From positions 6,670 through 70,669 of the forward strand of contig CAWJRI010000016.1 in NCBI GenBank assembly GCA_963845175.1: a stretch of 64,000 bases of DNA. Direction: 5' to 3'. The stretch's first letter is position 1. Each line of letters begins with the position of its first letter. Below the pieces are notes generated by a model. That model was not told where the DNA came from and did no database searches. It was given only the letters and a program-made list of their open reading frames with translations. The translations under genes and the position numbers were made by a program. The stretch comes from an uncultured archaeon. Lineage in GTDB: Archaea; Nanobdellota; Nanobdellia; Woesearchaeales; CAIVOO01. Shown one piece after another: positions 33,734 through 42,137 of the stretch.

Positions 33734-36340
33734 ATGGAAGAAAACTGGCATTCACTGGGAATAAAAAAGGCAGGCGAGCTGCTGGAGACAGACTTGTCTA
33801 AAGGGCTTGATTCTGAAGAAGCTGAAATACGCCAAAAAAGATACGGGCAGAACAAGCTGGTTGAAGAGAAAAAACTCAGTTTCCTTTCTGTCGCTTTAAA
33901 TGAGATAAGGGAGCCGATGATTCTGCTCCTTCTTGTTGTCGGCGTCATTTACAGCATCTGGGGCGAGCTGAGGGATGCAATTACAATATTTTCAGTTATT
34001 TTGGTTCTTGTATTTCTTGAGGTTTACACTGAGTTCAGGGCAATAAAATCAATTGCTGCGCTGAAAAAACTTACAGAGCCGAATGTTACAGTTGTAAGGG
34101 ATTCAAAATACAAGGAGATAGCTGTTGCAGACCTTGTGCCAGGAGACATCATCATGCTTAAAATGGGGCAGAGAGTTCCAGCTGATGCCAGGCTGGTTGA
34201 ATCCTATGGATTGAAGGCAAACGAATCTTCGCTCACAGGCGAGTCTGTCCTTGTTGAAAAAGATGCTAGTGTTGTGGCTGATGCAAAAGCGCAGGTTGCC
34301 GAAAGAAAAAATATGATTTTTGCAGGAAGCGTAATCAGCCAGGGAAGGGGGAAAGCTGTTGTTGTAAGCACAGGAATGAGGACAGAGCTTGGCAAAATCA
34401 CAAAAATGGTGCAGGAGGCAAAAGTGGAAAGGACCCCGCTGCAGAAATTGATGAAGGAATTGACAAAATGGATGGTTTGGGTTGCATTGTTCTTCAGCAT
34501 AATAATTCCTCTACTCGGCTTCCTCAGGGGCCAGCCATTAAAGCAGATGGTGCTGACTGGGCTGGCTTTGTCTTTCTCGACAATTCCGGAAGAGCTGCCG
34601 ATTGTCATAACAATGGTCCTGGCGCTGGGCTCGTTTGCGCTTTCAAAAAGCAATGCATTGGTCAAGAATCTTGGCGCAGCTGAGACACTTGGCTCTGTCA
34701 CAGTCATCTGCGCAGACAAGACAGGCACACTGACAGAGAACAAGATGAGCGTGTCAAAGGTTTTCAGCGACGGAAAACTGAATGATTTCAGCAGGCATGA
34801 CAAGGGCGCAAGGTCGCTGCTCGAGGCATCTGTGCTTTGCAATGATGTTCTTGTCAAGGACAACAATGTTTTTGTCGGGGATCCAACCCAGATTGCAGGA
34901 CTGAATGCAGCAGTTGAATCAGGCATCGGAATAAATCAAGTCAGGAAAAAATACGGGAAACTGCTGGATGAATTCAGCTTTGACAGCAGTAGAAAGCTGA
35001 TGTCAGTTGTCTATGCAGGCAGCAGGGCAAACTATGTATTTGCAACAGGCGCTCCTGAAATTCTGATTTCAAAATGCAATAAGATAATTGTGCAGGGCAG
35101 GGAAAAGAAGCTCACTCCCTATGACAAAAAAGTAATACGCAATGCAATTGATGAGATGAGCAGGAACTCACTAAGGGTTGTCGCATTCGCATGCAAGAAG
35201 ACAAAGGCCAGCAGGCTAAGCCAGAACAGCGCTGAATCAGGCCTTGCGTTCATTGGGATGTTCGGCATCATTGACCCGCCGAGAAAAGGCGTTGAAAAGG
35301 CAGTTGAAGAGTGCCGTGACGCAGGCATAAGGGTAATAATGATTACAGGTGACCATGCTGACACCGCAAGGGAGATTGCAAAGAGAGTTGGCATAGACGG
35401 CGCAAAGGTTGTGACTGGTGAGGAGCTCGACAGGATGAGCGAGAAGAAATTGCTGGAAACAGTAAGGACCGTCTCTGTCTACGCAAGAATTTCTCCGGAG
35501 CACAAGCTTAAGATTGTTAATGCGCTGAAGAAAAACAGGGAGATTGTAGCTGTCACAGGCGACGGCATCAATGACGCGCCTGCACTGAGCAACGCCCACA
35601 TCGGCATTGCAATGGGCGAGACAGGCACAGATGTCGCGAGGGAAGCATCAAGCATGGTGCTTGCCGATGACAATTTCATGACAATTGCAAAGGCGGTGAG
35701 GGAGGGGAGGAAAATATTTGATAACTTGAAGAAAGGGATAAGATATTACCTTTCATGCAAGATTGCCCTTGTGATAATATTCCTAATGCCTGTGCTTTTT
35801 GGCCTGGCTCTTCCTCTTGCGCCGATACAGATAATAATCCTTGAACTGTTCATGGATGCTGCTGCCTCAACAGGATTTTCCATTGAGCCGGCCGAATCAG
35901 ATATAATGATGCGCAAGCCGAGGGACACGCAGGAGAAATTTCTGAACAGGAAAATGGTAAGCTCTATTTTTATTTCCGCCCTCTGCCTTATTGCAGCTGT
36001 CTTGTTCTCCTACTTCTGGAGCATCCACAGCGGAGCAGGCGTGCTGAAGGCGCAGACAATTGCGTTTGCAACCTGGATTGTCGGGCACATCTTTCTGGCA
36101 ATCAACATGCGCTCTGAAAGGGAGCCAATTTACAAGCTTGGAATTTTCTCGAACAAGATCATAATTGTCTGGGCAGTTGCTGCAGTCGGGCTGCTCCTGC
36201 TTGCTGCCAATGTTCCTTATTTGGAGGCTGTGCTGAAAACCGCTTCGCTCAGCGCAGGCGAATGGGGATGGATACTACTAGTTTCATTTGTAGCCACATT
36301 CTGGATGGAAGCAAAGAAAATAGTCAAGAGAATGTATTAA
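33734..36340 (+). CDS. P-type cation-transporting ATPase (P2, Ca2+/cation type)
   Basis: TGES, ICADKTGTLTENKM, MITGDH and VTGDGINDAPAL, with ~10 TM segments. 868 aa. Confidence 0.9.
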   Translation: MEENWHSLGIKKAGELLETDLSKGLDSEEAEIRQKRYGQNKLVEEKKLSFLSVALNEIREPMILLLLVVGVIYSIWGELRDAITIFSVILVLVFLEVYTEFRAIKSIAALKKLTEPNVTVVRDSKYKEIAVADLVPGDIIMLKMGQRVPADARLVESYGLKANESSLTGESVLVEKDASVVADAKAQVAERKNMIFAGSVISQGRGKAVVVSTGMRTELGKITKMVQEAKVERTPLQKLMKELTKWMVWVALFFSIIIPLLGFLRGQPLKQMVLTGLALSFSTIPEELPIVITMVLALGSFALSKSNALVKNLGAAETLGSVTVICADKTGTLTENKMSVSKVFSDGKLNDFSRHDKGARSLLEASVLCNDVLVKDNNVFVGDPTQIAGLNAAVESGIGINQVRKKYGKLLDEFSFDSSRKLMSVVYAGSRANYVFATGAPEILISKCNKIIVQGREKKLTPYDKKVIRNAIDEMSRNSLRVVAFACKKTKASRLSQNSAESGLAFIGMFGIIDPPRKGVEKAVEECRDAGIRVIMITGDHADTAREIAKRVGIDGAKVVTGEELDRMSEKKLLETVRTVSVYARISPEHKLKIVNALKKNREIVAVTGDGINDAPALSNAHIGIAMGETGTDVAREASSMVLADDNFMTIAKAVREGRKIFDNLKKGIRYYLSCKIALVIIFLMPVLFGLALPLAPIQIIILELFMDAAASTGFSIEPAESDIMMRKPRDTQEKFLNRKMVSSIFISALCLIAAVLFSYFWSIHSGAGVLKAQTIAFATWIVGHIFLAINMRSEREPIYKLGIFSNKIIIVWAVAAVGLLLLAANVPYLEAVLKTASLSAGEWGWILLVSFVATFWMEAKKIVKRMY

Positions 36341-36580
36341 TTACTTGTTCTGCTGCTCTTCGCTGCCCTGGATGCAGAAGTAGAAATGCTTGAATCCCAT
36401 CTTATTCTTTACAGGGCAGGCGCCGCACATGCATCCCTTCCTTTCCTTGATGCACTTGCTCTTCCCGACTTGCGGGAAGCAGAAACCCTTTTCCCCTTTT
36501 CCGCAGTCAATATAGGACGGGCAATTCCCGCATATACATATTACATTATCTTTTTTTGCTTTAGTTGGCGGCATAGTCAT
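36341..36580 (-). CDS. DUF2769-like cysteine-rich protein
   Basis: CICGNCPSYIDC...GFCF...KSKCIKERKGCMCGACPV...FYFCIQG pattern. Confidence 0.6.
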   Translation of the reverse strand: MTMPPTKAKKDNVICICGNCPSYIDCGKGEKGFCFPQVGKSKCIKERKGCMCGACPVKNKMGFKHFYFCIQGSEEQQNK

Positions 36581-37469
36581 ATTTCCAGTCAGTGCACTTT
36601 ATTTTCCTTGTTAATTTTACAGCATTTATAATATTTTCTGCCAGAAGCCTTACCTCTCCCCTGTAGCAGTCGTTAACCACAATTTTTTTATCCTTATAAG
36701 TTGAATCGCACACAGATGACATTGCATAAATGCTTGCAAATGGGGGGAAAAGCATGCCGAAGAAATTTAAGGTGAGGAATAGGTTGGAGATTACCATTGA
36801 AGCGCCTTCTTCGTGGCCTGTCACAATTATTCCAGCTGTCTTTCCCATGAATCTTCTGAGCAGGCCTGAGCCTGGCACGCCGTTGTCAGCCGTCTGCTCT
36901 ATGAATTTCATGTGCTTTATATTAAGCTCCCTGTCTTTTGGAACTTTTGGGTTTGCCGGCTTCAGGCTGCCGTCAAGGCTTATGCACCTGTCAATGAACG
37001 CCTTCATCAAAGTTGAAACATTAAAGTTGTTGACAGGAGTTGCAAATATTATTGCATCTGCCCCAAGGATTTTGTCATAGAGTATGTTTGTCATGTCATC
37101 ACCCTGCTTTCCTTTCGGGTAGCAGGTGCAGTAGAAATGGCACTGCGTGTTTGCTGTTGAATAGCAGGCTTTGCAGTGCTCTATTTTGTATTCCCTCAGT
37201 TTCACCAGCTCTGTATCTGCCCCCAATTTCCTGCAGTAGTCAAGGCAGGTTTTAAGGAGCGATTCAGAATTTGAATCTTCCTGGGCAGTGTCAAATTTGT
37301 CCCTTGCAGAGCCTGAGATGCCCAGAACTTTGATTTTTCTGTTTTTGGCTTTCCCCATTGATTCTGCTTCTTTGACTGCTTCCTGCCGGATTGCCCTGAA
37401 TCTTTTCAGCGTCTTTTGGTCTATATTAAGCAGCTTCATTAATTCCCTGTCAGATTTCTTGTTTTTCAT
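36561..37469 (-). CDS. flavodoxin-fold NADPH-dependent FMN reductase / iron-sulfur flavoprotein-like
   Basis: IKVLGISGSAR..., EHCKACYS...CHFYCTC Cys cluster, and ADAIIFATPVNNFNVSTLMKAFIDR. Confidence 0.7.
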   Translation of the reverse strand: MKNKKSDRELMKLLNIDQKTLKRFRAIRQEAVKEAESMGKAKNRKIKVLGISGSARDKFDTAQEDSNSESLLKTCLDYCRKLGADTELVKLREYKIEHCKACYSTANTQCHFYCTCYPKGKQGDDMTNILYDKILGADAIIFATPVNNFNVSTLMKAFIDRCISLDGSLKPANPKVPKDRELNIKHMKFIEQTADNGVPGSGLLRRFMGKTAGIIVTGHEEGASMVISNLFLTLNFFGMLFPPFASIYAMSSVCDSTYKDKKIVVNDCYRGEVRLLAENIINAVKLTRKIKCTDWKYDYAAN

Positions 37470-37470
37470 T

Positions 37471-37677
37471 TTACAGCACTATCCCGAAAAACCAGAGTAA
37501 AATTGCTAAAACAACATGCACGAGCGCAAGCAAACCTGTCAGCAATGCAAAAAATTTGTGGTACTTGAAGACATTTTTCTGGAATTTAAACACCGCAACA
37601 CCCAGTGAGATAGTGATTGTCAGTGATATAAAAACTAGAAAGCCAATCCACATTGCCAAAGGTATGTTTAGCAGCAT
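37471..37677 (-). CDS. small membrane protein (2 TM)
   Basis: 68 aa with two hydrophobic helices. Lies between the cupredoxin and flavoprotein genes with 1-nt spacers. Confidence 0.4.
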   Translation of the reverse strand: MLLNIPLAMWIGFLVFISLTITISLGVAVFKFQKNVFKYHKFFALLTGLLALVHVVLAILLWFFGIVL

Positions 37678-37678
37678 T

Positions 37679-38017
37679 TTATTGGACGATTATTGTTCCT
37701 TTCATTGAAGGGTGTATCAAACAGCTATAATTATAGGTGCCTGTCTGGTTGAATGTGTATGAATAGCTGTCGCCTGGGTACAGTGTTTGTTCAAAAAAAT
37801 TACTTTTTAGCACGTGATTTACATCGTCAAGATTTGTCCAAGTCACTTTTGTGCCAGCCTTGACTGTTACAGACTGCGGATTAAAGGCAAAGTCCTTGAT
37901 GAGAATTTTGCTGGTTTCTACTGGTGCTGTTGTCTGCGGTGCGCTCTGCTGGCATCCGCTTAGCAGAACAGCCAAAATCATTAAAGCCAAAATTCCAAAC
38001 ACCAGTCTTTTTGCCAT
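37679..38017 (-). CDS. cupredoxin (plastocyanin/amicyanin-like) lipoprotein
   Basis: LLSGCQQ lipobox. Copper ligands NH(V) and YSCLIHPSMKG (C-x2-H-x2-M). Confidence 0.7.
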   Translation of the reverse strand: MAKRLVFGILALMILAVLLSGCQQSAPQTTAPVETSKILIKDFAFNPQSVTVKAGTKVTWTNLDDVNHVLKSNFFEQTLYPGDSYSYTFNQTGTYNYSCLIHPSMKGTIIVQ

Positions 38018-38100
38018 ATGCTTAGTTTATATTTAGCTGTTTAAAAACATTTTGTTTTCCAAAACCTTTATAAAATACCTTTTCTAGTAATACTCCAAAT

Positions 38101-38172
38101 GGCGGTAATCGTACAATGGTAGTATACGGGTCTGTGGAACCCGTGACCCGGGTCCGATTCCCGGTTACCGCC
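38101..38172 (+). tRNA. tRNA-His (GTG)
   Basis: Manual cloverleaf: acceptor GCGGTAA/TTACCGC, anticodon stem CGGGT/ACCCG with loop CTGTGGA, and T-arm CCGGG-TCCGATT-CCCGG. An encoded G-1 lies opposite C73. A TATA-like tttataaaata sits ~25 nt upstream. Confidence 0.9.
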
Positions 38173-38182
38173 CTTCTTTAAA

Positions 38183-38353
38183 ATGAAGCGCAAAAACATA
38201 ATCAAGGCAGTTGGATTGGTTGCAGTAGCTGCACTGGTGTTAAACCTGATTTTATTCTCATTCCTGCACTACAAGCCGCTTGCATTCTGGCTGATAATCC
38301 TGCTTATCGCAGTCATCGCGTTTCCGCTGTTAAAATGGCTCAAATCAAAATAA
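38183..38353 (+). CDS. possible small membrane protein (56 aa, below the ORF-track cutoff)
   Basis: MKRKNIIKAVGLVAVAALVLNLILFSFLHYKPLAFWLIILLIAVIAFPLLKWLKSK has two hydrophobic helices. Overlaps the ogg start by 19 nt. Confidence 0.3.
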   Translation: MKRKNIIKAVGLVAVAALVLNLILFSFLHYKPLAFWLIILLIAVIAFPLLKWLKSK

Positions 38354-39144
38354 AGGACTTCAACTTGAAGGAGACAGTCGAATGCGGGCAATTGTTCAGG
38401 TGGCAGCTGGTCGACGGCTGGTACTACATTATTATAAGAGATAAATTGTTCAGGGTAAGGCAGGAAGGAAGCAAGTTAAAATTCAACGGCGCTTCAGGCA
38501 ATTTCATAAAACATTTCTTCAGATTAGATGATGATTACAGCAAAATAATAAGGACAATAAGCAAAGATGCATACATAAAAAAGGCAGTTGAGCATTCAAG
38601 GGGGCTGAGGATAATCAGATACGATCCCTGGGAAGCGCTGATTTCATTTGTCTGCTCTGCAAGGTCAAACATTCCGCAGATAAGGCGCAATCTTAATAAT
38701 CTTTCAAAGACATTTGGCAGAAAAATCTCATTGGGAAGCTACAAAACATACACATTTCCAAAGCCAGGCAGCCTTAATAATATAAAAAAGATAAGAAAGT
38801 GCGGAGTGGGCTTCAGAGACAGATACCTTTTCAAAATAAACAAGATGGCTGATGAAAAAAAGCTGAAATCCCTGAAAAAGCTTTCCTATGAAGATGCAAA
38901 AGAGGAGCTGATTAAATTCCCGGGCGTTGGACACAAGGTTGCTGACTGCATCCTGCTTTACTCGCTCGAATTCCTGAATGCGTTCCCTGTTGATGTCTGG
39001 CTTGAAAGGCTGATGAAGCAGCGCTACAAAAAGGAAAACATCCCCCAGATGAGGGATTTCTCCCAGAAATACTTTGGAAAATATGCAGGTTATGCCCAGC
39101 AGTACCTGTTCCACTATACTAGGTGTATATGCCGAAAAATTTAA
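38335..39144 (+). CDS. ogg: 8-oxoguanine DNA glycosylase / AP lyase (HhH-GPD, OGG1-like)
   Basis: CGQLFRW, DPWEALISFVCSARSNI, FPGVGHKVADCILLYSL and FPVDVW. Confidence 0.85.
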   Translation: MAQIKIKDFNLKETVECGQLFRWQLVDGWYYIIIRDKLFRVRQEGSKLKFNGASGNFIKHFFRLDDDYSKIIRTISKDAYIKKAVEHSRGLRIIRYDPWEALISFVCSARSNIPQIRRNLNNLSKTFGRKISLGSYKTYTFPKPGSLNNIKKIRKCGVGFRDRYLFKINKMADEKKLKSLKKLSYEDAKEELIKFPGVGHKVADCILLYSLEFLNAFPVDVWLERLMKQRYKKENIPQMRDFSQKYFGKYAGYAQQYLFHYTRCICRKI

Positions 39145-39169
39145 ATAATTCACCTTCTCAACTTCAAAT

Positions 39170-39484
39170 ATGCCTATACTGAATGACAAAAATTTTGAAA
39201 GAGACGTTGCCGCAGGCATATCTATTGTCAAGTTCTATTCGCTGTGGAGCTCTGATAGCAGGGCATTGGAAGAGCCCTACAAGCAGCTTTCTGATGAGTT
39301 TAGGGGAAAGGCGAAGTTTATTGAATCAGAGATTAATTCAAACCCTGAAATTGCAAAGAAATTCGGAGTGGCTTCCATCCCTTCAATAATGATATTTACA
39401 AACGGCAGGCCGACCGCAAGGATTGAAAAACTATGCACAAAAAGAGAACTAAGAAACCAGTTAGAAAAGTTCATAAAAATTTAA
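39170..39484 (+). CDS. thioredoxin-fold protein with a degenerate active site (WSSDS in place of WCGPC)
   Basis: IVKFYSLWSSDSRALEEPYKQL...FGVASIPSIMIF.NG has thioredoxin topology, but both redox cysteines are replaced by Ser. Confidence 0.7.
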   Translation: MPILNDKNFERDVAAGISIVKFYSLWSSDSRALEEPYKQLSDEFRGKAKFIESEINSNPEIAKKFGVASIPSIMIFTNGRPTARIEKLCTKRELRNQLEKFIKI

Positions 39485-40158
39485 AGAGCGCTAAACCAGT
39501 TAAAAAGATTCATAAGAATGTGAGGTCTTTTAAGGTTCTGGTTGTAATACTAATAGTACTCTCATCTTTGCTTATTCTGCTGGATAATTTCAAATTTCTT
39601 GCAAACAACAATAATTTTTACCAGCACGAATTTTCAAAATATGATGTTTACAGCAAATATCCTGATGCAGACAAGATAAACAATAACCTGCTGGCTTATC
39701 TCAATTCAAAAGGGGCGCTGAATGAAAATATTTTTTTAGAGATTGAATTGGCTCATCTGAGGGATGTCAGGTATCTTATGCATTATTTCACACTTTCACT
39801 TGAAGTTATGGCAGGGCTGTTCCTGCTGCTGGCAATCCTGCTGCTTATTCTGTCAGGAAGGCAGTTCCTTGGGAAATTCCTGAAAGTCCTTTTTTTCGGC
39901 TCAATATTCTCAGTTGTTATTGTGGCTGTGATTGCGCTGCTGCCATTTGACATTTCATTTATATGGTTCCACAAGCTTCTTTTCCACAACAACTACTGGA
40001 TGCTTCCGCCCGGCGCGCTGACCACAATCTATTCAGAAGATTTTTTCTATGATTTCAGCGTTAGATGGTTCCTGACTGCCATAGCAACTTCGCTGGCAGC
40101 GTTTGCTGTTGCAGTCATCGGGCTTGCAATTAAAAAAGAAAAGTTTTTTAAACTATAA
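39433..40158 (+). CDS. TIGR01906/DUF1461-family integral membrane protein
   Basis: N-terminal TM, E..LAHLRDVRYLM, and FHKLLFHNNYWMLPPGALTTIYSEDFF motifs typical of the family. The start is uncertain because it overlaps the upstream gene by 52 nt. Confidence 0.55.
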   Translation: MHKKRTKKPVRKVHKNLKSAKPVKKIHKNVRSFKVLVVILIVLSSLLILLDNFKFLANNNNFYQHEFSKYDVYSKYPDADKINNNLLAYLNSKGALNENIFLEIELAHLRDVRYLMHYFTLSLEVMAGLFLLLAILLLILSGRQFLGKFLKVLFFGSIFSVVIVAVIALLPFDISFIWFHKLLFHNNYWMLPPGALTTIYSEDFFYDFSVRWFLTAIATSLAAFAVAVIGLAIKKEKFFKL

Positions 40159-40174
40159 AACAAAAGTTCTTATT

Positions 40175-40807
40175 ATGAAACCATTGGTGGTTGTCAACTT
40201 CAAGACATACAAAGAGGCGACAGGCAAAAATGCCTTAAAGCTTGCAAAAATCTGCAGCAGATTCAAGAATGCAATAATCTGCGTGCAGGCAGCTGACCTT
40301 TGTCTTGCAAAAAAAATCAAGATTCCTGTTTTCGCCCAGCACGTTGATTTGGTTGACTACGGGCAATTCACCGGCTTCATTCTTCCTGAAGATGTGAAGG
40401 CAGAGGGCGCAAAAGGAACTTTGCTGAATCATTCTGAGCATCGGCTGAGGTTTGATGTTCTGAAGAAGCTTGTGCAGAGATGCAAGAAAATAAAGCTGAA
40501 AACAATTGTCTGCGTGAAAACAGCAGATGAAGCGGGCAGGCTTTCAAGATTAAAGCCAGATTTCATTGCAATTGAGCCGCCTGAGCTGATTGGCGGAAAG
40601 ATTTCTGTATCAACCGCAAGGCCAAGCCTGATTTCCGATGCAGTCAAGAAATCAGTTGTTCATGTTCTTTGCGGTGCAGGTGTGCATACAGGAGAGGATG
40701 TGAAGATTGCGTTGAAGCTCGGTGCAAAAGGAGTACTAGTTGCTTCTGGCGTTGTAAAAGCAAGAAATCCTGCAAAAGTTTTGAGAGATTTAGCCAGGAT
40801 AAATTAA
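40175..40807 (+). CDS. tpiA: triosephosphate isomerase, archaeal type
   Basis: ATG at 40175: MKPLVVVNFKTYKEATG..., LLNHSEHR, IAIEPPELIG and LCGAGV. Confidence 0.85.
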   Translation: MKPLVVVNFKTYKEATGKNALKLAKICSRFKNAIICVQAADLCLAKKIKIPVFAQHVDLVDYGQFTGFILPEDVKAEGAKGTLLNHSEHRLRFDVLKKLVQRCKKIKLKTIVCVKTADEAGRLSRLKPDFIAIEPPELIGGKISVSTARPSLISDAVKKSVVHVLCGAGVHTGEDVKIALKLGAKGVLVASGVVKARNPAKVLRDLARIN

Positions 40808-40826
40808 AAATAGAGAAAAATAAAAC

Positions 40827-41111
40827 CTATTTCTTCTTAAGCGTCACTTCAATCGTGGAAACCCTGACATCTCTTCCTTCCTTGTTCTTGAAGCCTTCCG
40901 AGTCAATCACTATGTCCTTCACATCAACCTGATCAGCCATGAATCTCTTCCTTACAACCTCTGCAACATCCACTGCCCTGTTGATGAATTTTCCTCTGGC
41001 CTTTATAATCACTTCACTTGCTCCTTTTGTCGTGAACTGCATCACAACTCCCGTGACATAGTTCATGAAGGGCTTTCCACCAATAAACATAGAATTGTCG
41101 TTGTCCGCCAT
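40827..41111 (-). CDS. albA: chromatin protein Alba
   Basis: IFIGGKPFMNYVTGVVMQF...VIIKARGKFINRAVDVAEVVR...STIEVTLKK. Confidence 0.9.
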   Translation of the reverse strand: MADNDNSMFIGGKPFMNYVTGVVMQFTTKGASEVIIKARGKFINRAVDVAEVVRKRFMADQVDVKDIVIDSEGFKNKEGRDVRVSTIEVTLKKK

Positions 41112-41127
41112 TTAAATCCCCCCGTTC

Positions 41128-41322
41128 CTAAATCTTCTCTTTTGTTTTCGCTAGTCTAGTCAAGTAACCTGCGACAATGTTTCGGATTTTCTTTGACTGA
41201 AACCCAGCCATTTGCTTTAGTTTTTCCTTGTTTTCACTAAAGTCAGTGCTAACTTCATCCCTGTGCTTCCCAAAAATCTCTTGTGTCGCACGCTTTATCT
41301 TTGTGGTTTTTACGCGTCCCAT
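41128..41322 (-). CDS. rps17e: 30S ribosomal protein eS17
   Basis: MGRVKTTKIKRATQEI...NKE...KKIRNIVAGYLTRL. 64 aa. Confidence 0.9.
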   Translation of the reverse strand: MGRVKTTKIKRATQEIFGKHRDEVSTDFSENKEKLKQMAGFQSKKIRNIVAGYLTRLAKTKEKI

Positions 41323-41371
41323 ATACTTGCTTTTAGTTGCCTTGTTTATAAATTTTTGCCATCAGAATTAT

Positions 41372-41385
41372 TTTCAATATTGAAA
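41372..41385 (-). promoter_or_regulatory. perfect palindrome tttcaatattgaaa upstream of the eS17 TATA box
   Basis: A palindromic version of the same element lies ~20 nt upstream (minus-strand sense) of tttataaac (41344-41352), which is ~23 nt before the eS17 ATG. Confidence 0.35.
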
Positions 41386-41389
41386 TAAA

Positions 41390-42136
41390 TTAGAATAATT
41401 CATTCACAATCTTAGCAGCCAATTTTACAGTAAGATTATCCCTGTCTTTTTTTGGATTGACTTCAACAATATCAACAACCTTCAGATTCTTCAGAAGCTT
41501 CAGCCTCTGCACAAGATAAATCAATTCCCTTGAGCTCAACCCGCCTGCAACTGTATACCCCGTGCCTGGCGCAAATGCAGGATCAGCAACATCAATGTCA
41601 ATCGAGACATACAACGACTTGAACTGCCTGCAGTTTTCCATTACAGCATCACAGAATTCCTTTACGCCAAGCTCAAAAATATCTTTCATAGTAAAATGCA
41701 GTATTTTTTTCTCTTGGATAAAATCAAGCTCCTGTTTGTGCAAATCACGAATGCCCGCAAGAATAACTTTTGCGCCTTCATCAGCGAGCTTCCTGACAAA
41801 ATCCTCATGAGTCACTGCATCTGTTCCTTCCATGCAGTCAGCGTGCGCATCTAAACTTAATAATCCATCGCAGCCAGAGCCCCTGAAAGCGGAGTATGTT
41901 ATTGAATGATCTCCGCCAAGCACAATTCCTTCTTTCACAGCCTTTCTTATTTTTTCCTGTGAAATGCTTACGTTTGAATTGTCGACTTCAACATTCTCAG
42001 CTTCAACAAACCTGCTTCTTTTGCTTTCATTCGCAAACAGATTGTTCAGCTCTGCAAGAATCGCGTCAGGCGCCTTCTCTGTGCCAATATTTTTTCCCAG
42101 ACAGCCTGCTGAATATGGAATTTTAAGAATTTTCAT
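41390..42136 (-). CDS. arginase-family ureohydrolase (probably agmatinase)
   Basis: GGDHSITY, LDAHADC and VSIDIDVADPAFAPGTG. I prefer the ATG at 42136, 1 nt after the argS stop. Confidence 0.75.
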   Translation of the reverse strand: MKILKIPYSAGCLGKNIGTEKAPDAILAELNNLFANESKRSRFVEAENVEVDNSNVSISQEKIRKAVKEGIVLGGDHSITYSAFRGSGCDGLLSLDAHADCMEGTDAVTHEDFVRKLADEGAKVILAGIRDLHKQELDFIQEKKILHFTMKDIFELGVKEFCDAVMENCRQFKSLYVSIDIDVADPAFAPGTGYTVAGGLSSRELIYLVQRLKLLKNLKVVDIVEVNPKKDRDNLTVKLAAKIVNELF

Positions 42137-42137
42137 T

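Noticed and set aside
34204-34926. 240-aa ORF on the minus strand inside the P-type ATPase gene
   Set aside because: It is antisense to a region carrying unmistakable P-type ATPase motifs (DKTGT and others). Its composition is S/T/F/L-rich and low-complexity, as is typical of shadow ORFs. The same reasoning applies to the other antisense ORFs in the track (e.g. 397-603, 948-1262, 1812-2162, 7314-7673, 31711-32178, 52179-53575).
38101-38101. Genomically encoded G-1 on tRNA-His as a possible oddity
   Set aside because: An encoded G-1 opposite C73 is a normal way of providing the tRNA-His identity element in prokaryotes. I used it as supporting evidence for the tRNA call rather than as a finding.
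38728-39231. 167-aa minus-strand ORF spanning the 3' end of ogg and the start of the thioredoxin-like gene
   Set aside because: It is antisense to two ORFs with clear family signatures (HhH-GPD GVGHKVADC; thioredoxin fold) and has no motif of its own.
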